The notes: generated by a model from the sequence alone, not told the origin. A stretch of 64,000 bases of DNA from an uncultured Candidatus Bathyarchaeia archaeon (GCA_964533795.1 CAZHMI010000001.1:51869-115868), one strand, 5' to 3'. Numbered from the stretch's first letter, positions 9,802-20,206 are shown. Program-made: numbers and translations.

Positions 9802-11421
9802 ATGAAGTCTGGAAAAGGGATTCTTTTACTCCTCTTAATTATTGCAGCAACTTTCTTGGTATTTTCAAGCTCCGTTGAAGCAGCAGTTCCCCCTCAACTC
9901 AAAGCATCTAAGACCATAACGCCAAGCTTTGCCAAGGCTTCCAACGATCTTACAATAACGATACGCCTCGAAGGTATCGGCGAGCCTGCATTGGCTCCTA
10001 CGCCCGCAGATATCGTGCTTCTCGTAGATAGATCGGGCAGCATGAAAGGCCAGAAGCTTACTGATGCTAAAACTGCGGCGAAGACCTTCGTGGATCTGCA
10101 AGGGTCGAACAATAGGGCTGAACTCATCTCTTTCGCAGGTACGGCCATAATTGAAGTGCAGTTCACAAGCATGACTGCAGACGGCAAGACTACGGTCAAG
10201 AATGCTATCGACAAGTTGACCTCGGTTGACAAGACCAATATCTATGAGGCGATACAGAAAGCGAATAGTGAACTTGAAACTAAGGGCAGAGATAACGTTC
10301 TACTGGTTGAAATCTTACTAACAGATGGAAGACCCACCACCGGAAACACGGATGCCGATGACATAATAGATTTAGCTGTTAGCGCTAATGCGACGGGAAT
10401 TCGAATCTACACAATCGGATTGGGCAACGATGTCGACGCAAACTTGTTGAGCAGTATCGCTAACGCGACTGACGGCAAATACTATTTCGCGCCCACGAGC
10501 GCAGACCTCCAAGCGATCTACACAGAAATTTCTGAGGAAATTTCGAAGATAGTTGGAACCGACATTAAAGTTCGTGAAGAGTTGCCGACAACGCTTGTCA
10601 CATACAACAACGATGCGACAGTCGCGCCTTCAAGCGTTCAAGATGGGAAGTTGACTTGGAATGTAGGAACATTGGACGTCGGCGACATATGGCAAGTCAC
10701 GTTTACTGTGCACGCCATTAAAGACGTTCTCGTCGATGCCACTGTTGTTCAAGCTAAGGTCGAATACATCTTAGCAGGAGCGTCTCAAACTATGAATCTC
10801 ACACCAGGCATAATCGTCCGCGATTTTTCTGCTGTCGAACAGGTTGCCTCAAAGACATCGGCAACTGTTGGCGAAGTAGTTCAAGTAAATGTCACCGTGA
10901 AGAACCTCGGCACAAAGTCTGAAACTTTCAGTGTTGGAGCGTACTATAACGATCTATCCATCGCCACTCGCACGGTTACATTAAGCGCCGGAGCCTCCTC
11001 CGTCCTCACTTTCAATTGGAATACCACGAACGTTGCACCTGGAACCTACAACATATCAGCAAAAGTTGATACCGGTAATGCGCTTACCGAAACCAACGAG
11101 ACTAATAACGTCTGTTTGAAGCCGCTCTATGTAACGATTACGACAGGCGGCGAAGGATTTCCTTTTCTGCTTCTTGCACTTCTCGCCGTTTTCATTGCTA
11201 TCGCCGTTCTCCTCCCCGTACTAGGGATCGCTGGAAGAGGAGCCCCACCGCCAGCAAGACCCCCGGCTGCTCGACCGGTGAGATGGGTTCCCCGTTTTAG
11301 ACCTAGTCGCGGAATTGGATTCTGGAGGAGGAGGGTTGTCTGTCCAATCTGCCTCATGCCAGTTCAATACGATCCGGCTTCCAAACGATGGTACTGTCCA
11401 TACTGCCGGCGGTACTGTTAG
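9802..11421 (+). CDS. Secreted/membrane-anchored vWA-domain protein with CARDB-like Ig domains and a C-terminal TM helix followed by a proline-rich segment and a cytoplasmic zinc ribbon
   Basis: Signal peptide; a vWA MIDAS region (LLVDRSGSM...LLTDGRPT); CARDB-like segments ending ETNETNN; a hydrophobic stretch FPFLLLALLAVFIAIAVLL; then PPPARPPAARP and CPICL...CPYCRRYC. Confidence 0.75.
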   Translation: MKSGKGILLLLLIIAATFLVFSSSVEAAVPPQLKASKTITPSFAKASNDLTITIRLEGIGEPALAPTPADIVLLVDRSGSMKGQKLTDAKTAAKTFVDLQGSNNRAELISFAGTAIIEVQFTSMTADGKTTVKNAIDKLTSVDKTNIYEAIQKANSELETKGRDNVLLVEILLTDGRPTTGNTDADDIIDLAVSANATGIRIYTIGLGNDVDANLLSSIANATDGKYYFAPTSADLQAIYTEISEEISKIVGTDIKVREELPTTLVTYNNDATVAPSSVQDGKLTWNVGTLDVGDIWQVTFTVHAIKDVLVDATVVQAKVEYILAGASQTMNLTPGIIVRDFSAVEQVASKTSATVGEVVQVNVTVKNLGTKSETFSVGAYYNDLSIATRTVTLSAGASSVLTFNWNTTNVAPGTYNISAKVDTGNALTETNETNNVCLKPLYVTITTGGEGFPFLLLALLAVFIAIAVLLPVLGIAGRGAPPPARPPAARPVRWVPRFRPSRGIGFWRRRVVCPICLMPVQYDPASKRWYCPYCRRYC

Positions 11422-11515
11422 AACAGTTCAGTCATCTCTCCCACTCTATTTTTACGTAGACCGTCTCTGAGAAGGGAATAGAATTCTTTCGGTAGGAAGT
11501 GTTTTGGCGTGAGCA

Positions 11516-11878
11516 ATGCTCCTAGTTTTAGATGCCTCTCGAGGTAGCTGTATGTCTCCTTTGGGATTTGTTTCGAATAAAGAATACTCGCGGCTGCAAC
11601 ACGAAAAGGAAGAGGTTAAGCGGAACTTTCATGAAGCGAATAAGAAGATTCAACGTCTCACCGCTGAGAACAGCGCCCTAGTCAAAAGGAACAAGCTTCT
11701 TGAGAATCGGTTGGTAGTGGTCGAGAGAGAAAGGGATGACTTGAAAGTCAGAGTTGACACTTTGATAGAGGAGCGACAGCTTTTCCAGAGGTTGATAGGC
11801 CAGCTTGAGGCAAGAGCTAAGAAAAGAAAGAAAGAGGAATTAGCAGGGCAAAGTTTCCCCTCGAACCCAAAGGTTTAG
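11516..11878 (+). CDS. Coiled-coil hypothetical protein
   Basis: Heptad-rich charged sequence (KRNKLLENRLVVVERERDDLKVRVDTLIEERQ). There is no homolog I can name. Confidence 0.4.
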   Translation: MLLVLDASRGSCMSPLGFVSNKEYSRLQHEKEEVKRNFHEANKKIQRLTAENSALVKRNKLLENRLVVVERERDDLKVRVDTLIEERQLFQRLIGQLEARAKKRKKEELAGQSFPSNPKV

Positions 11879-13647
11879 ATCAGACCATTCAACTCGGCGA
11901 TCAAGTCGTTCGCTTGGCCGATAAGATCTATCGCAAAGTCTTCCGTTATATGTTTATCTGATTGCGCTTGAACGTGATTTATGAATGCGTTAAGTATGTT
12001 TATCGCTGTCTTATATTGCCCTTCCTCAATTTTGTTTTCGCACGCTTCAAGTTTCGCTATTAGACTCCGTCCTATCCCATTATTATCGATCTGACCTGTC
12101 TCTAACCCGCTCTCGATTGTTTCAACCAGATCGTCGATTGAGATTCTTTGCGTAGGTTCGTCCTCGTCCCCATCATCGTCTCCAGTCGAGTTGACGACGC
12201 TAAAGCTTACGGCCTCGGTAGCAGTGTTGCCTGCAAAATCTATAGCCGTCACAGTTAGAGTGTACTCGCCAAGCGATAGACTGGAAAGGACGGAACCGTT
12301 TCCGACAGATGCGCCGTCAAGCCTTGCAGTAGCGTTTTCCAGACCCGACGTTGTATCTGATGTCTCAAAGGTTACTGTGATGGACTCATCAGATGCGTAG
12401 CTTCCAGCCTCTGGAGAGGTTATTATTATCGTTGGAGCAGTCTTGTCGACCCCTACAGTTATGTTCTTGGTCTCCTCAATGTTTCCAGCCATATCGGTTG
12501 AGTAGAATTCTATTAAGACTTGGCCATCAGCTGTAATATTTAGCGGTTGATAGTATTTCGCCCAAGTGCCATTGTTGAAGCGATACCATGTCTCGTTCAG
12601 TAGAGCTGTTGAATTCACTAGGAATGTGACTTGGACGTCTGAGATATACCAACCGTTGTTTCCAACCGTTCCTGAAAGAGAAGCTGTGGTTGTCGGAGAC
12701 GTTGTCGCTAATGTTATCGTATCGAAGTAGGCTGGCAAAGCGGTTCCATCGCTGAATTTCACATAAACTGTCTTTAGGCCCTCTCCATCTGAAAGATTCC
12801 AAGCTCTTGTGCCTGCATATGCTTCCCATTCTGTCCAGTTCATGTTATTGTTTGAGAATGACATGTTGATAACGCCGGGCATCACAAGCTCTGCTGAGAG
12901 TGTCAAGTTCACTGTGGGCGAATTTGTGTAGACTGCGTCGTTGTTTATCTTGATCGGTTTCTCTACGGTGATGTTCGTGGTTCTTGTCTGTTCTACATTT
13001 CCGGCATGGTCCGTTGAGTTATACTGAATCGTGAAGTTTCCATCTAAGCTGACTAGGAACGGTTCATTGTAGCACACCCATGAGTTGTTGTTTATGTTAT
13101 AGGCGGTCTCTGCAACTCCGGAACCGTCTAGGTTGTCCTCTGCCAATAATGTTACAAGCACATCTGATCGGTATTTGCCGTCAGGTCCAAGTACGCCATC
13201 CATAGCCAAGGTTGTAGTTGGGCTGACGTGATCTTCAACTATTGTGAGTTGAATTTGTGCGGACTGATTGATTGAATCTGATACGGCGCGTACAGTTACA
13301 TTATAGGTTCCAGTAGTGGCGTTTAGGGATGCCGTGAACGTCATCGTTACGTTTGCTGGCGGGGTTAATTGTTCAGGTTGGAATGCAACCGTCGTTCCGT
13401 TCGGTAGCCCTGTGACATTCGCTGGTTGGAAGCGGACTGTTTGGTTGAAGTTTCCAATAGGTTCTACGATGAGGGTTACTGTCGCTTGTCCAGCTTGGCT
13501 TAATGTTACCGAGGCTGGCGACGCTGTAAGGGTGAAACTGTCCTCTTGACTTGAGGCTGGGTTTACTAGTGGTGAAAGTAATGCTAGAAATATAGTTACC
13601 AAGACGAACGCTCGCGTTCCGAAAACGCTTCTTCCATGTATCTCCAT
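11875..13647 (-). CDS. Large secreted surface protein with multiple Ig-like/adhesin domains, dense N-glycosylation sequons and a C-terminal helical FIMAH-like module
   Basis: N-terminal signal peptide; many N-x-S/T sequons (NQT, NVT, NGT, NAT ...); an acidic linker DDDGDEDE; and a C-terminal helix bundle AKLEACENKIEEGQYKTAINILNAFINHVQAQSDKHITEDFAIDLIGQANDLIAEL. Confidence 0.65.
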   Translation of the reverse strand: MEIHGRSVFGTRAFVLVTIFLALLSPLVNPASSQEDSFTLTASPASVTLSQAGQATVTLIVEPIGNFNQTVRFQPANVTGLPNGTTVAFQPEQLTPPANVTMTFTASLNATTGTYNVTVRAVSDSINQSAQIQLTIVEDHVSPTTTLAMDGVLGPDGKYRSDVLVTLLAEDNLDGSGVAETAYNINNNSWVCYNEPFLVSLDGNFTIQYNSTDHAGNVEQTRTTNITVEKPIKINNDAVYTNSPTVNLTLSAELVMPGVINMSFSNNNMNWTEWEAYAGTRAWNLSDGEGLKTVYVKFSDGTALPAYFDTITLATTSPTTTASLSGTVGNNGWYISDVQVTFLVNSTALLNETWYRFNNGTWAKYYQPLNITADGQVLIEFYSTDMAGNIEETKNITVGVDKTAPTIIITSPEAGSYASDESITVTFETSDTTSGLENATARLDGASVGNGSVLSSLSLGEYTLTVTAIDFAGNTATEAVSFSVVNSTGDDDGDEDEPTQRISIDDLVETIESGLETGQIDNNGIGRSLIAKLEACENKIEEGQYKTAINILNAFINHVQAQSDKHITEDFAIDLIGQANDLIAELNGLI

Positions 13648-14320
13648 CGGCGTTCCCTAGATCTCTACTTTCGGGAGGCGTTGCATATTTAAGTGTTGCT
13701 CTGTGCTACACGCCTACGATTTCGCGTGATGCGCCCAGATGTCAAGCGCTTTCTGTAAGGATGGGTAGCAGTGTATCTATCCATAAGAAAAGATGGAGGT
13801 GCCCAGTCCGAGCAAGAGAAGGGAGGGGAGTAAAGTCGAAACGTCAACCATCTTCTTCACCAACCCAAATGGTCCTAAGCCTTCAATTGCACTAGGAGCG
13901 GAAGAATACAGCTGTAGCTGAGCGGGGTAGCATCAAAATAGTAAATCTAATTATCATTCTCCTTGTTTCTATAAACCATTAAATAATGAATAAACGCTGA
14001 TGCATCAACTGTGACTTGCTATTTTAGGCACCTTCAGGAAATTTTCAAGGAAGCTGGCGTCAAGGTTACAAATGAGAATAAAAGGCAGATCGAACCAAGC
14101 GATTCACAAGCTTGTAAATGTGAAGTATAAGAACTGCCCTCTAGCTTGGAAACAAGTGAAGAAGAGAATGAACTTGAGTTAGACTGCTTGTTCATCGCTT
14201 CGGTCGAATATTTCGTAATTCTGAAAGGGTCAAAGGCTCGAGCCAACAAGGCTGTCTAGAAGCGTTTAAAAGGCGCGTCAAAAGGCTTCGACAAGATTGA
14301 AAATGAAGACTGCTCTATTG

Positions 14321-15094
14321 TTATCTGCAATGCATGACTGTTATTGTCAGTGAGGCTAAGTCGACCGTCATGTCGAATATATGACCCAGACCTTCTTCAT
14401 TTACGCCCCATGTGAAATGCGTTTCTATCAGTTGCCCCTCAATTACAAGTGAATCCAATCTGTAGGCCGCGTTTCCCATAACAGTCAAGAATGTTGTTTC
14501 CGCTATCTCTTGCGCTTCTTCTTCAGTTACCCCATCGGTTATGTCTACGTCTACAACTACATCCAGCTTTCTTCCTTCATTAACTACGGCTATGAATCTT
14601 GTTGGTCTTGTGGTTGGTTGAGGCAACTCCCTGTCTGCTAAGAGATCCCAGATGCCATCGCATATGGCCGCAATTATTTCCCCTCTCTGTCCTACCGTGA
14701 CTATCGCCTCATGTTTAGTCACGACTTGTAGGAGGATTTGGCCTGTTCTGTCTCCATGGCCAGGGTGAGCTGTATAGAATGCGATTCGGATAACCCAAGA
14801 ATAGCCATAGGGAGGGGTTTCATTGACTGTCTTCTGAGTTTCAATCACCTCGAATCCTTCCTCTAGACCGTCGAACCTGAATGTGGATGTGCTACGGACG
14901 AATATTGCGGCTGTAGCCACAGCTTCTTCTTGATTGATGCCGCCAGTTACAGTTTCTATTATGTGATTTACGAGCACCATGATGCCGTTCTGAATCGTAA
15001 TCAACTGATTTGGCAACAGCGTCTCTGAGGCCCATTCATCCACCCATACCACGGTCTTATTGGTTTTCACATCTGCTTCCTTGTGTATCGTCAC
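14321..15094 (-). CDS. Hypothetical protein (257 aa), likely co-transcribed with the upstream membrane-anchored ORF
   Basis: Long clean ORF on the same strand, immediately downstream of 15206..15715. No recognisable motifs. Confidence 0.45.
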   Translation of the reverse strand: MTIHKEADVKTNKTVVWVDEWASETLLPNQLITIQNGIMVLVNHIIETVTGGINQEEAVATAAIFVRSTSTFRFDGLEEGFEVIETQKTVNETPPYGYSWVIRIAFYTAHPGHGDRTGQILLQVVTKHEAIVTVGQRGEIIAAICDGIWDLLADRELPQPTTRPTRFIAVVNEGRKLDVVVDVDITDGVTEEEAQEIAETTFLTVMGNAAYRLDSLVIEGQLIETHFTWGVNEEGLGHIFDMTVDLASLTITVMHCR

Positions 15095-15205
15095 CGTAAG
15101 CTCGTATGTGAAATAGTCCGCTACCCCAGGCCTTGCTTGGTATCTTTCAGGATCTACAGCTGTGAAGTTGTTTCCTAGGATGATTCTCTTGACCTCTCTG
15201 ATCTG

Positions 15206-15715
15206 TTAAGGCATCAAATCTACTTTAAACGTTTTTCCGGCATGAAATTTGCTTGAATAGTAGGCTATGTTATCCATGCCGATTGTGAGGTTATCGTCGG
15301 CTCCGGCGAACCCTCCTGTTCTCTTCCACTTCATCTCTAAGTATGTTCGTGGACCTTGAATCGACATGACTTCAACGTAGACTTGGGGTGCATCCAGAAT
15401 CCCGGGTTGGTAGTGAATTTTGCCTTCTACAGTGACTTCAGAGAACAAATATGGCGTTGGGTCTGGTTCCTGCGGAAACGTCAAGGAGATCGCTCCTGTC
15501 GAGTCTTCGAGTAAGATCGGTACCCCGAATTGGAACGTCACCATTATCATCGTGCCGCGAAGCTTGACTAACCTATTGTCGTACGACGCTGGATTCGCCG
15601 AGATCTCTCTTATTGAAATGTTGCGTGTGTAGTAATATCTCTCGTAGATGACTGTACTAACTCCAACTAGAACTAGAAGAATCGCGACGATTGTGATTTT
15701 TATATATCTGTGCAT
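15206..15715 (-). CDS. Membrane-anchored hypothetical protein (N-terminal TM helix)
   Basis: MHRYIKITIVAILLVLVGVSTVIY TM anchor followed by a soluble domain. Confidence 0.45.
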   Translation of the reverse strand: MHRYIKITIVAILLVLVGVSTVIYERYYYTRNISIREISANPASYDNRLVKLRGTMIMVTFQFGVPILLEDSTGAISLTFPQEPDPTPYLFSEVTVEGKIHYQPGILDAPQVYVEVMSIQGPRTYLEMKWKRTGGFAGADDNLTIGMDNIAYYSSKFHAGKTFKVDLMP

Positions 15716-15830
15716 CTCGGTTTCTTCCCTAATGACGAAGAACTGCGTCAGTCATTAATCTTCAGTTTGGAACGTCTGTTCGAAATCCTAGAACAAGTCT
15801 TTTAGCGTACAGACTCATTAGTTCAATTCC

Positions 15831-17039
15831 TTGATGTTTACTTGCGAAGAGGTGTCAAAGTTGAGAAGCGGACCTATAGCTTCAGCTCGCACTTTGGCTG
15901 TTGAGCCTTCGCCGATAAGGAAACTTGTGGACGCTATTTCTGCTACTTCAGGAGTAGTCGGTCTCCATGTTGGGGAGCCTGACTTTGATACACCTGCCAA
16001 TATTAAAGAGGCTGCGACAAAAGCGCTGAACGCGGGTTACACACATTACACGAATACAGCCGGGGTCCCCGAGCTTCGTGAGGCGATAGCTCAGAAGCTT
16101 AGAAGAGAGAATAAGGTCGATGTTGACCCGGAGAGCGAAGTAATAGTGACACATGGCGGTTACGCAGCAATCTATGTTTCGCTTCAGGCTTTGATAAACC
16201 CGGGTGATGAGGTCCTCTTGATCGAGCCTGCTTGGACCTATGATGGCTTCATAGCTTTGGCTGGAGGAATCAAGGTTCCGTGCCCTCTACACGGTCCGGA
16301 TTTCGAGTTGACGAGAGATGCTCTTGAATCGAAGGTTTCTGATAGGGCTAAGCTGATTATTGTCAGTTCCCCAAACAATCCTACTGGGAATATGTTCTCA
16401 AGGGAGGAGCTGGGGATTGTCGCTCAAGTTGCTGAGAGGAAGAATATGCTTGTCTTGTCTGATGAGGTTTATGAGAAGCTTGTCTATGATGGTCTAAGTC
16501 ACTATAGTATTGCCTCGTTTCCAGGCATGAGGGATAGAACGATAACGGTGAATTCTTTCTCTAAAACTTACGCGATGACTGGGTGGCGTATCGGGTACAT
16601 CGCCGCTAGTAAGGAGATTATTACAGCCATAAGGAAGGTTGTTGCTTACGGTTATGGTTGCATCAATGCGGCTGTCCAGAAGGCTGCCGTAGAGGCTTTG
16701 ACGGGACCGCAGGAGTGTGTCAAGGAGATGCTGGAGGAGTATGATCGCCGGAGACATCTCATAGTCAACGGACTCAACGAGATTTCTGGCATAGAGTGCA
16801 AGAAGCCTAAGGGAGCTTTCTACGCCTTCGCGAATATTTCAAGCTTCAAGCTTCCCTCTCAAAAATTTGCGACGATACTGCTGCAAAAGGCTAAGGTTGC
16901 GACTATACCTGGAAGCGTCTTCGGCTCGTCCGGCGAGGGGTACCTTAGAATCTCATTCGCTACATCACAAAGGAATATAGTTGAGGGGCTCGACAGAATC
17001 AGAAAGTTCGTTAATGTATTAAGACAGAGCCTTTCGTAG
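15831..17039 (+). CDS. Class I/II PLP aminotransferase (aspartate aminotransferase-like)
   Basis: SSPNNPTGNMFS and SFSKTYAMTGWRIGY (PLP lysine) motifs. Confidence 0.85.
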   Translation: MMFTCEEVSKLRSGPIASARTLAVEPSPIRKLVDAISATSGVVGLHVGEPDFDTPANIKEAATKALNAGYTHYTNTAGVPELREAIAQKLRRENKVDVDPESEVIVTHGGYAAIYVSLQALINPGDEVLLIEPAWTYDGFIALAGGIKVPCPLHGPDFELTRDALESKVSDRAKLIIVSSPNNPTGNMFSREELGIVAQVAERKNMLVLSDEVYEKLVYDGLSHYSIASFPGMRDRTITVNSFSKTYAMTGWRIGYIAASKEIITAIRKVVAYGYGCINAAVQKAAVEALTGPQECVKEMLEEYDRRRHLIVNGLNEISGIECKKPKGAFYAFANISSFKLPSQKFATILLQKAKVATIPGSVFGSSGEGYLRISFATSQRNIVEGLDRIRKFVNVLRQSLS

Positions 17040-17074
17040 TACCGTACGGTTTCGCTCGCCGTGGGCTTTGAACG

Positions 17075-17443
17075 CTAATATCGTTCTCTCGCTGCTACGA
17101 AGAGGATCGTCCAGAACAGTAGTCCAGCAATAGATATTATGAATGAGATTATTCCGAAGTCGCCCATAGTCAACCACGGTGTCCAACTTGATAATGGCCA
17201 GCTTGAGCTGTTGGGTATCGTTATCTTGAATGAGGCTACGTAGAGCCATCCGAGCAAGCCGAAAACAAATACGACGAATCCTATCATTGAGATCGCTCTT
17301 AACGTTGAGCCTCGTATCGGTGCAGAATAGTAATACGGTGGGTAATAGTCTTCTGTGAATGGAAGCCCACAATGAGCGCAGAGCGCTGCATAGTAAGGAT
17401 TCAAGCGTGTGCATCTCGGGCAGATCTTAACACTCATCTTCAA
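17075..17443 (-). CDS. Small membrane protein with N-terminal zinc ribbon
   Basis: CPRCTRLNPYYAALCAHCG followed by two hydrophobic helices. Preferred over the overlapping alternative-frame ORF 17019..17414. Confidence 0.4.
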   Translation of the reverse strand: MKMSVKICPRCTRLNPYYAALCAHCGLPFTEDYYPPYYYSAPIRGSTLRAISMIGFVVFVFGLLGWLYVASFKITIPNSSSWPLSSWTPWLTMGDFGIISFIISIAGLLFWTILFVAARERY

Positions 17444-17549
17444 TCGCCTTCAGAATTCAGCTTCTAGCAAGTCCTACCAAAAGAATTTGTCGCGCTTTGA
17501 ATTTGAATCTATCGCAAAGCAAGCATTACGTGCTTCTGCCTACGATCCA

Positions 17550-18368
17550 CTACAGGAGGCAGTTTGCGATCATCCTTAAACCTATCAGTATTATGATGAG
17601 ACCGAAGATTCTCACTAGAGTTTTTTCTTTAATCCTATTTCCTATTGCCGCGCCGAGTTGAGTTCCAGCTATCGTTCCGAGAATTAGATACGCGGCGTAT
17701 TCAAGCTGAGCATTTCCGAATGTTAGATGAGTAACGGCGCCCGAGATGGAGGTGAATATCATTATGAACATTGAGGCAGCCACAGCTAGATGGATTGGAA
17801 ATCCCACAGCTAAACTCAATACAGGCACCATGACTACCCCACCGCCGATGCCGAGCAAACCTGACGCATAGCCTCCTAGAAAGCTGAGCGCTAATCCCGG
17901 TTTCATGTTGGCTGAGTATTCGAATATGAGACCCTTTGAGTCTACGAGTCTTCTATGCCATCCTGTACTCGCGGTCGGGCTTCTGATAGAGGAAAACTTC
18001 AAGATCCCAATCATTCTTAAAGCGATAAGCATCAAGGAGACGCCGAATACCGCTCCAAGCACTCTATCAGTTATGAGGTTGGTTGTGTATGCGCCAAGGA
18101 ATGCTCCTGGAATAGTTCCCATGGTGAATATTAAGCCTAGCCTATAGTCGATCCTCCTTTGCCTTGCATAGGCAAACGTCGACAAAAGCGCTGTGAAAAT
18201 AATAGTCACTAAACTTGTTCCTACAGCTTGGTGAACCGGTAAGTTGAAAACTAGATTCAAGATTGGAACTATAAGAAAGCCGCCTCCCACGCCAGTCATA
18301 GCTGCAACCATTCCAACTAAGACTGCGAGCAGAGCTAATGTGAGGATTGCTATTACTTCCACAGTCAA
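17550..18368 (-). CDS. TauE/SafE (DUF81) family sulfite/anion exporter-like permease
   Basis: Two internal repeats with GxGGG motifs (MTGVGGGFLIVPILN; LGIGGGVVMVPVL); polytopic membrane protein. Confidence 0.8.
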   Translation of the reverse strand: MTVEVIAILTLALLAVLVGMVAAMTGVGGGFLIVPILNLVFNLPVHQAVGTSLVTIIFTALLSTFAYARQRRIDYRLGLIFTMGTIPGAFLGAYTTNLITDRVLGAVFGVSLMLIALRMIGILKFSSIRSPTASTGWHRRLVDSKGLIFEYSANMKPGLALSFLGGYASGLLGIGGGVVMVPVLSLAVGFPIHLAVAASMFIMIFTSISGAVTHLTFGNAQLEYAAYLILGTIAGTQLGAAIGNRIKEKTLVRIFGLIIILIGLRMIANCLL

Positions 18369-18729
18369 ACACCTGAATCCTACAACCTATATCACTCAAA
18401 GTATATTTGCGCGACAGACCCTGAGAATATGAAGACCAGAAAGAAAATGTTTCTCCTTCATAGGCGTTAAAATCGCCCAGTAGAGTAAGATACCTGCAAA
18501 AGATTGAGCTATGTAGGCTTTGCGAATCCGATCGTTGATACCAATAGTCATTGTGACCTTTGTCGCCAAAAGAGAGAAGATTCACTATACCGCCACTATC
18601 CTCATTCAACCTATAAGAGCAATTACCTTCCAACTGTTCTAAGATCTGAACAGCGCGTTCTAATCCCTAGAATTAAGTCAAGCCAGTAACATAGATCATT
18701 CCGCAACATCTAGCCTAGGAGGTGAGAAC

Positions 18730-19503
18730 TTGAGCATAGAAGTGAGTTCGCGGCTCTACAAGCTGGCAATAGTAGCTATCATAGGCCTCGTTGTTCTCAG
18801 TGGCTTCTCAATGTACTACGCTTACAGCATGGCTCTACCAAACGCGGGTCGTTTAGTAAATTTGCCGTTCACCGGACAGAGTTCTGAAAACAAACCTAAT
18901 ACAATCTCCATTTCAGGCACAGGCATAGTCTGGGCGACCCCAGACATTGCTCAAGTGAGTATAAGCGCCGTAACTGAATCCACTAGCGCAACAGAAGCAC
19001 AGCAGAATAATGCTGCAATAATGACTAAGGTTATTCAAGCTTTAATGGATGCTGGAGCATCCAAAGAAGATATCAAGACGATAAGCTACAGTCTCTCGCC
19101 TAGATACAGTTATGATGGAAAACAGACCCTCGTCGGGTATGAATGCAGAAACATGATTGCAGTAACGACCAAGAATACGTCCGAGGTAGGAAAACTCATC
19201 GATGTAGCTGTAAGTGCTGGTGCAAACGAGGTCGGTAACGTCTTCTTCACCGTCTCTGAAGAGAAGAGGGCACAGTTAATGGCCGACGCGATCAAGAAGG
19301 CTGTTGGTGATGCAGATGCCAAAGCTCAAGCGATAGCTAGCGCCTTAGGAGTGACGATCACGGGAAAGAGCTACGCCTCAATCAGTCCCATGTATCAGCC
19401 GTATGGAGCTGTATATGAAGTGAAAGCTTCAGAACCAACACCAATAATCCCCGGAGAACTGCAGTTAACAGTAACGGTTCAAGTGGACTACACATTCGCA
19501 TAA
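18730..19503 (+). CDS. SIMPL/DUF541 domain protein with N-terminal membrane anchor
   Basis: TM anchor followed by a sequence pattern typical of the 26 kDa periplasmic immunogenic protein/SIMPL family (ISISGTG...VSISAV...; repeated alpha/beta core). Confidence 0.7.
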   Translation: MSIEVSSRLYKLAIVAIIGLVVLSGFSMYYAYSMALPNAGRLVNLPFTGQSSENKPNTISISGTGIVWATPDIAQVSISAVTESTSATEAQQNNAAIMTKVIQALMDAGASKEDIKTISYSLSPRYSYDGKQTLVGYECRNMIAVTTKNTSEVGKLIDVAVSAGANEVGNVFFTVSEEKRAQLMADAIKKAVGDADAKAQAIASALGVTITGKSYASISPMYQPYGAVYEVKASEPTPIIPGELQLTVTVQVDYTFA

Positions 19504-19514
19504 TCTCAACGTAA

Positions 19515-19814
19515 TTGCCAACTCCTCCCTTTCTTTTGAAGCTGGTGAAAGTGATTCGCAAAGAAATTGTGTACACTGTTTTGGGCCTTATTCTCGCGTT
19601 AGTAGCGGTAGCCATAGGCTTCCAAGTTCCTCAAAACGGACATGTGGACATGAAGTACGTGGCTCTAAGTCCTTCGGAAAACATGCCCAGTCGAGTAGCT
19701 AATCCAATTGGCTTTCTACTACCCGGTTTGACTGGATTGATCTTCGCTACAATGGTGTATGTAGCGGCGAAAAGAGGTCGATCCGAGAGAGTTCAACACG
19801 GATATAGCGAATAA
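19515..19814 (+). CDS. Small membrane protein, hypothetical
   Basis: Two predicted TM helices; no homology recognised. Confidence 0.3.
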   Translation: MPTPPFLLKLVKVIRKEIVYTVLGLILALVAVAIGFQVPQNGHVDMKYVALSPSENMPSRVANPIGFLLPGLTGLIFATMVYVAAKRGRSERVQHGYSE

Positions 19815-19918
19815 ATGAATGAGTTTATCTCTAAGCTTTCTTGCCGTAACTTGATGGATAGCTTACGCGCCAAACCTCTCTAATCTTCAAAGCGATGATT
19901 ACCTGTGCTCTTTTAAGC

Positions 19919-20206
19919 TCATAATCTCTTGGATATTTTTTCCCACATAGATTTCCAAAACAAGCGCCACTTATCAAGGAACCTTCCATATATTCCGCCA
20001 GTCGTCCAGTTGATTATGTTCCAGACGATGGTTGAGGCGAAATAATATTTGGCGAATGGCATCATGGGAATACCGACTCCAGCCGCTATCAAGAAGCTTG
20101 TTACAGCGCCTATCGTCCCATAGAAGACGTTGTACGCTACGGTGTCGCCTACAAACTTCGTCCTCAAAGCCTTTATAACTGTCTCAGTAGCTCCCAAAGA
20201 ACTCAC
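19919..20206 (-). CDS. Small membrane protein, hypothetical
   Basis: Hydrophobic helices (AVTSFLIAAGVGIPMMPF); no homology recognised. Confidence 0.3.
   Translation of the reverse strand: MSSLGATETVIKALRTKFVGDTVAYNVFYGTIGAVTSFLIAAGVGIPMMPFAKYYFASTIVWNIINWTTGGIYGRFLDKWRLFWKSMWEKISKRL

Noticed and set aside
17019-17414. 131-aa alternative-frame ORF overlapping the zinc-ribbon membrane protein gene
   Set aside because: The competing frame (17075..17443) encodes a coherent Zn-ribbon plus TM protein; this frame is Arg/Leu-rich antisense-like noise.
18142-18633. 163-aa ORF rich in Ser/Cys/Trp
   Set aside because: It overlaps the well-supported TauE/SafE permease gene by more than 200 bp on the same strand in another frame and has a low-complexity composition. 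It is likely spurious.
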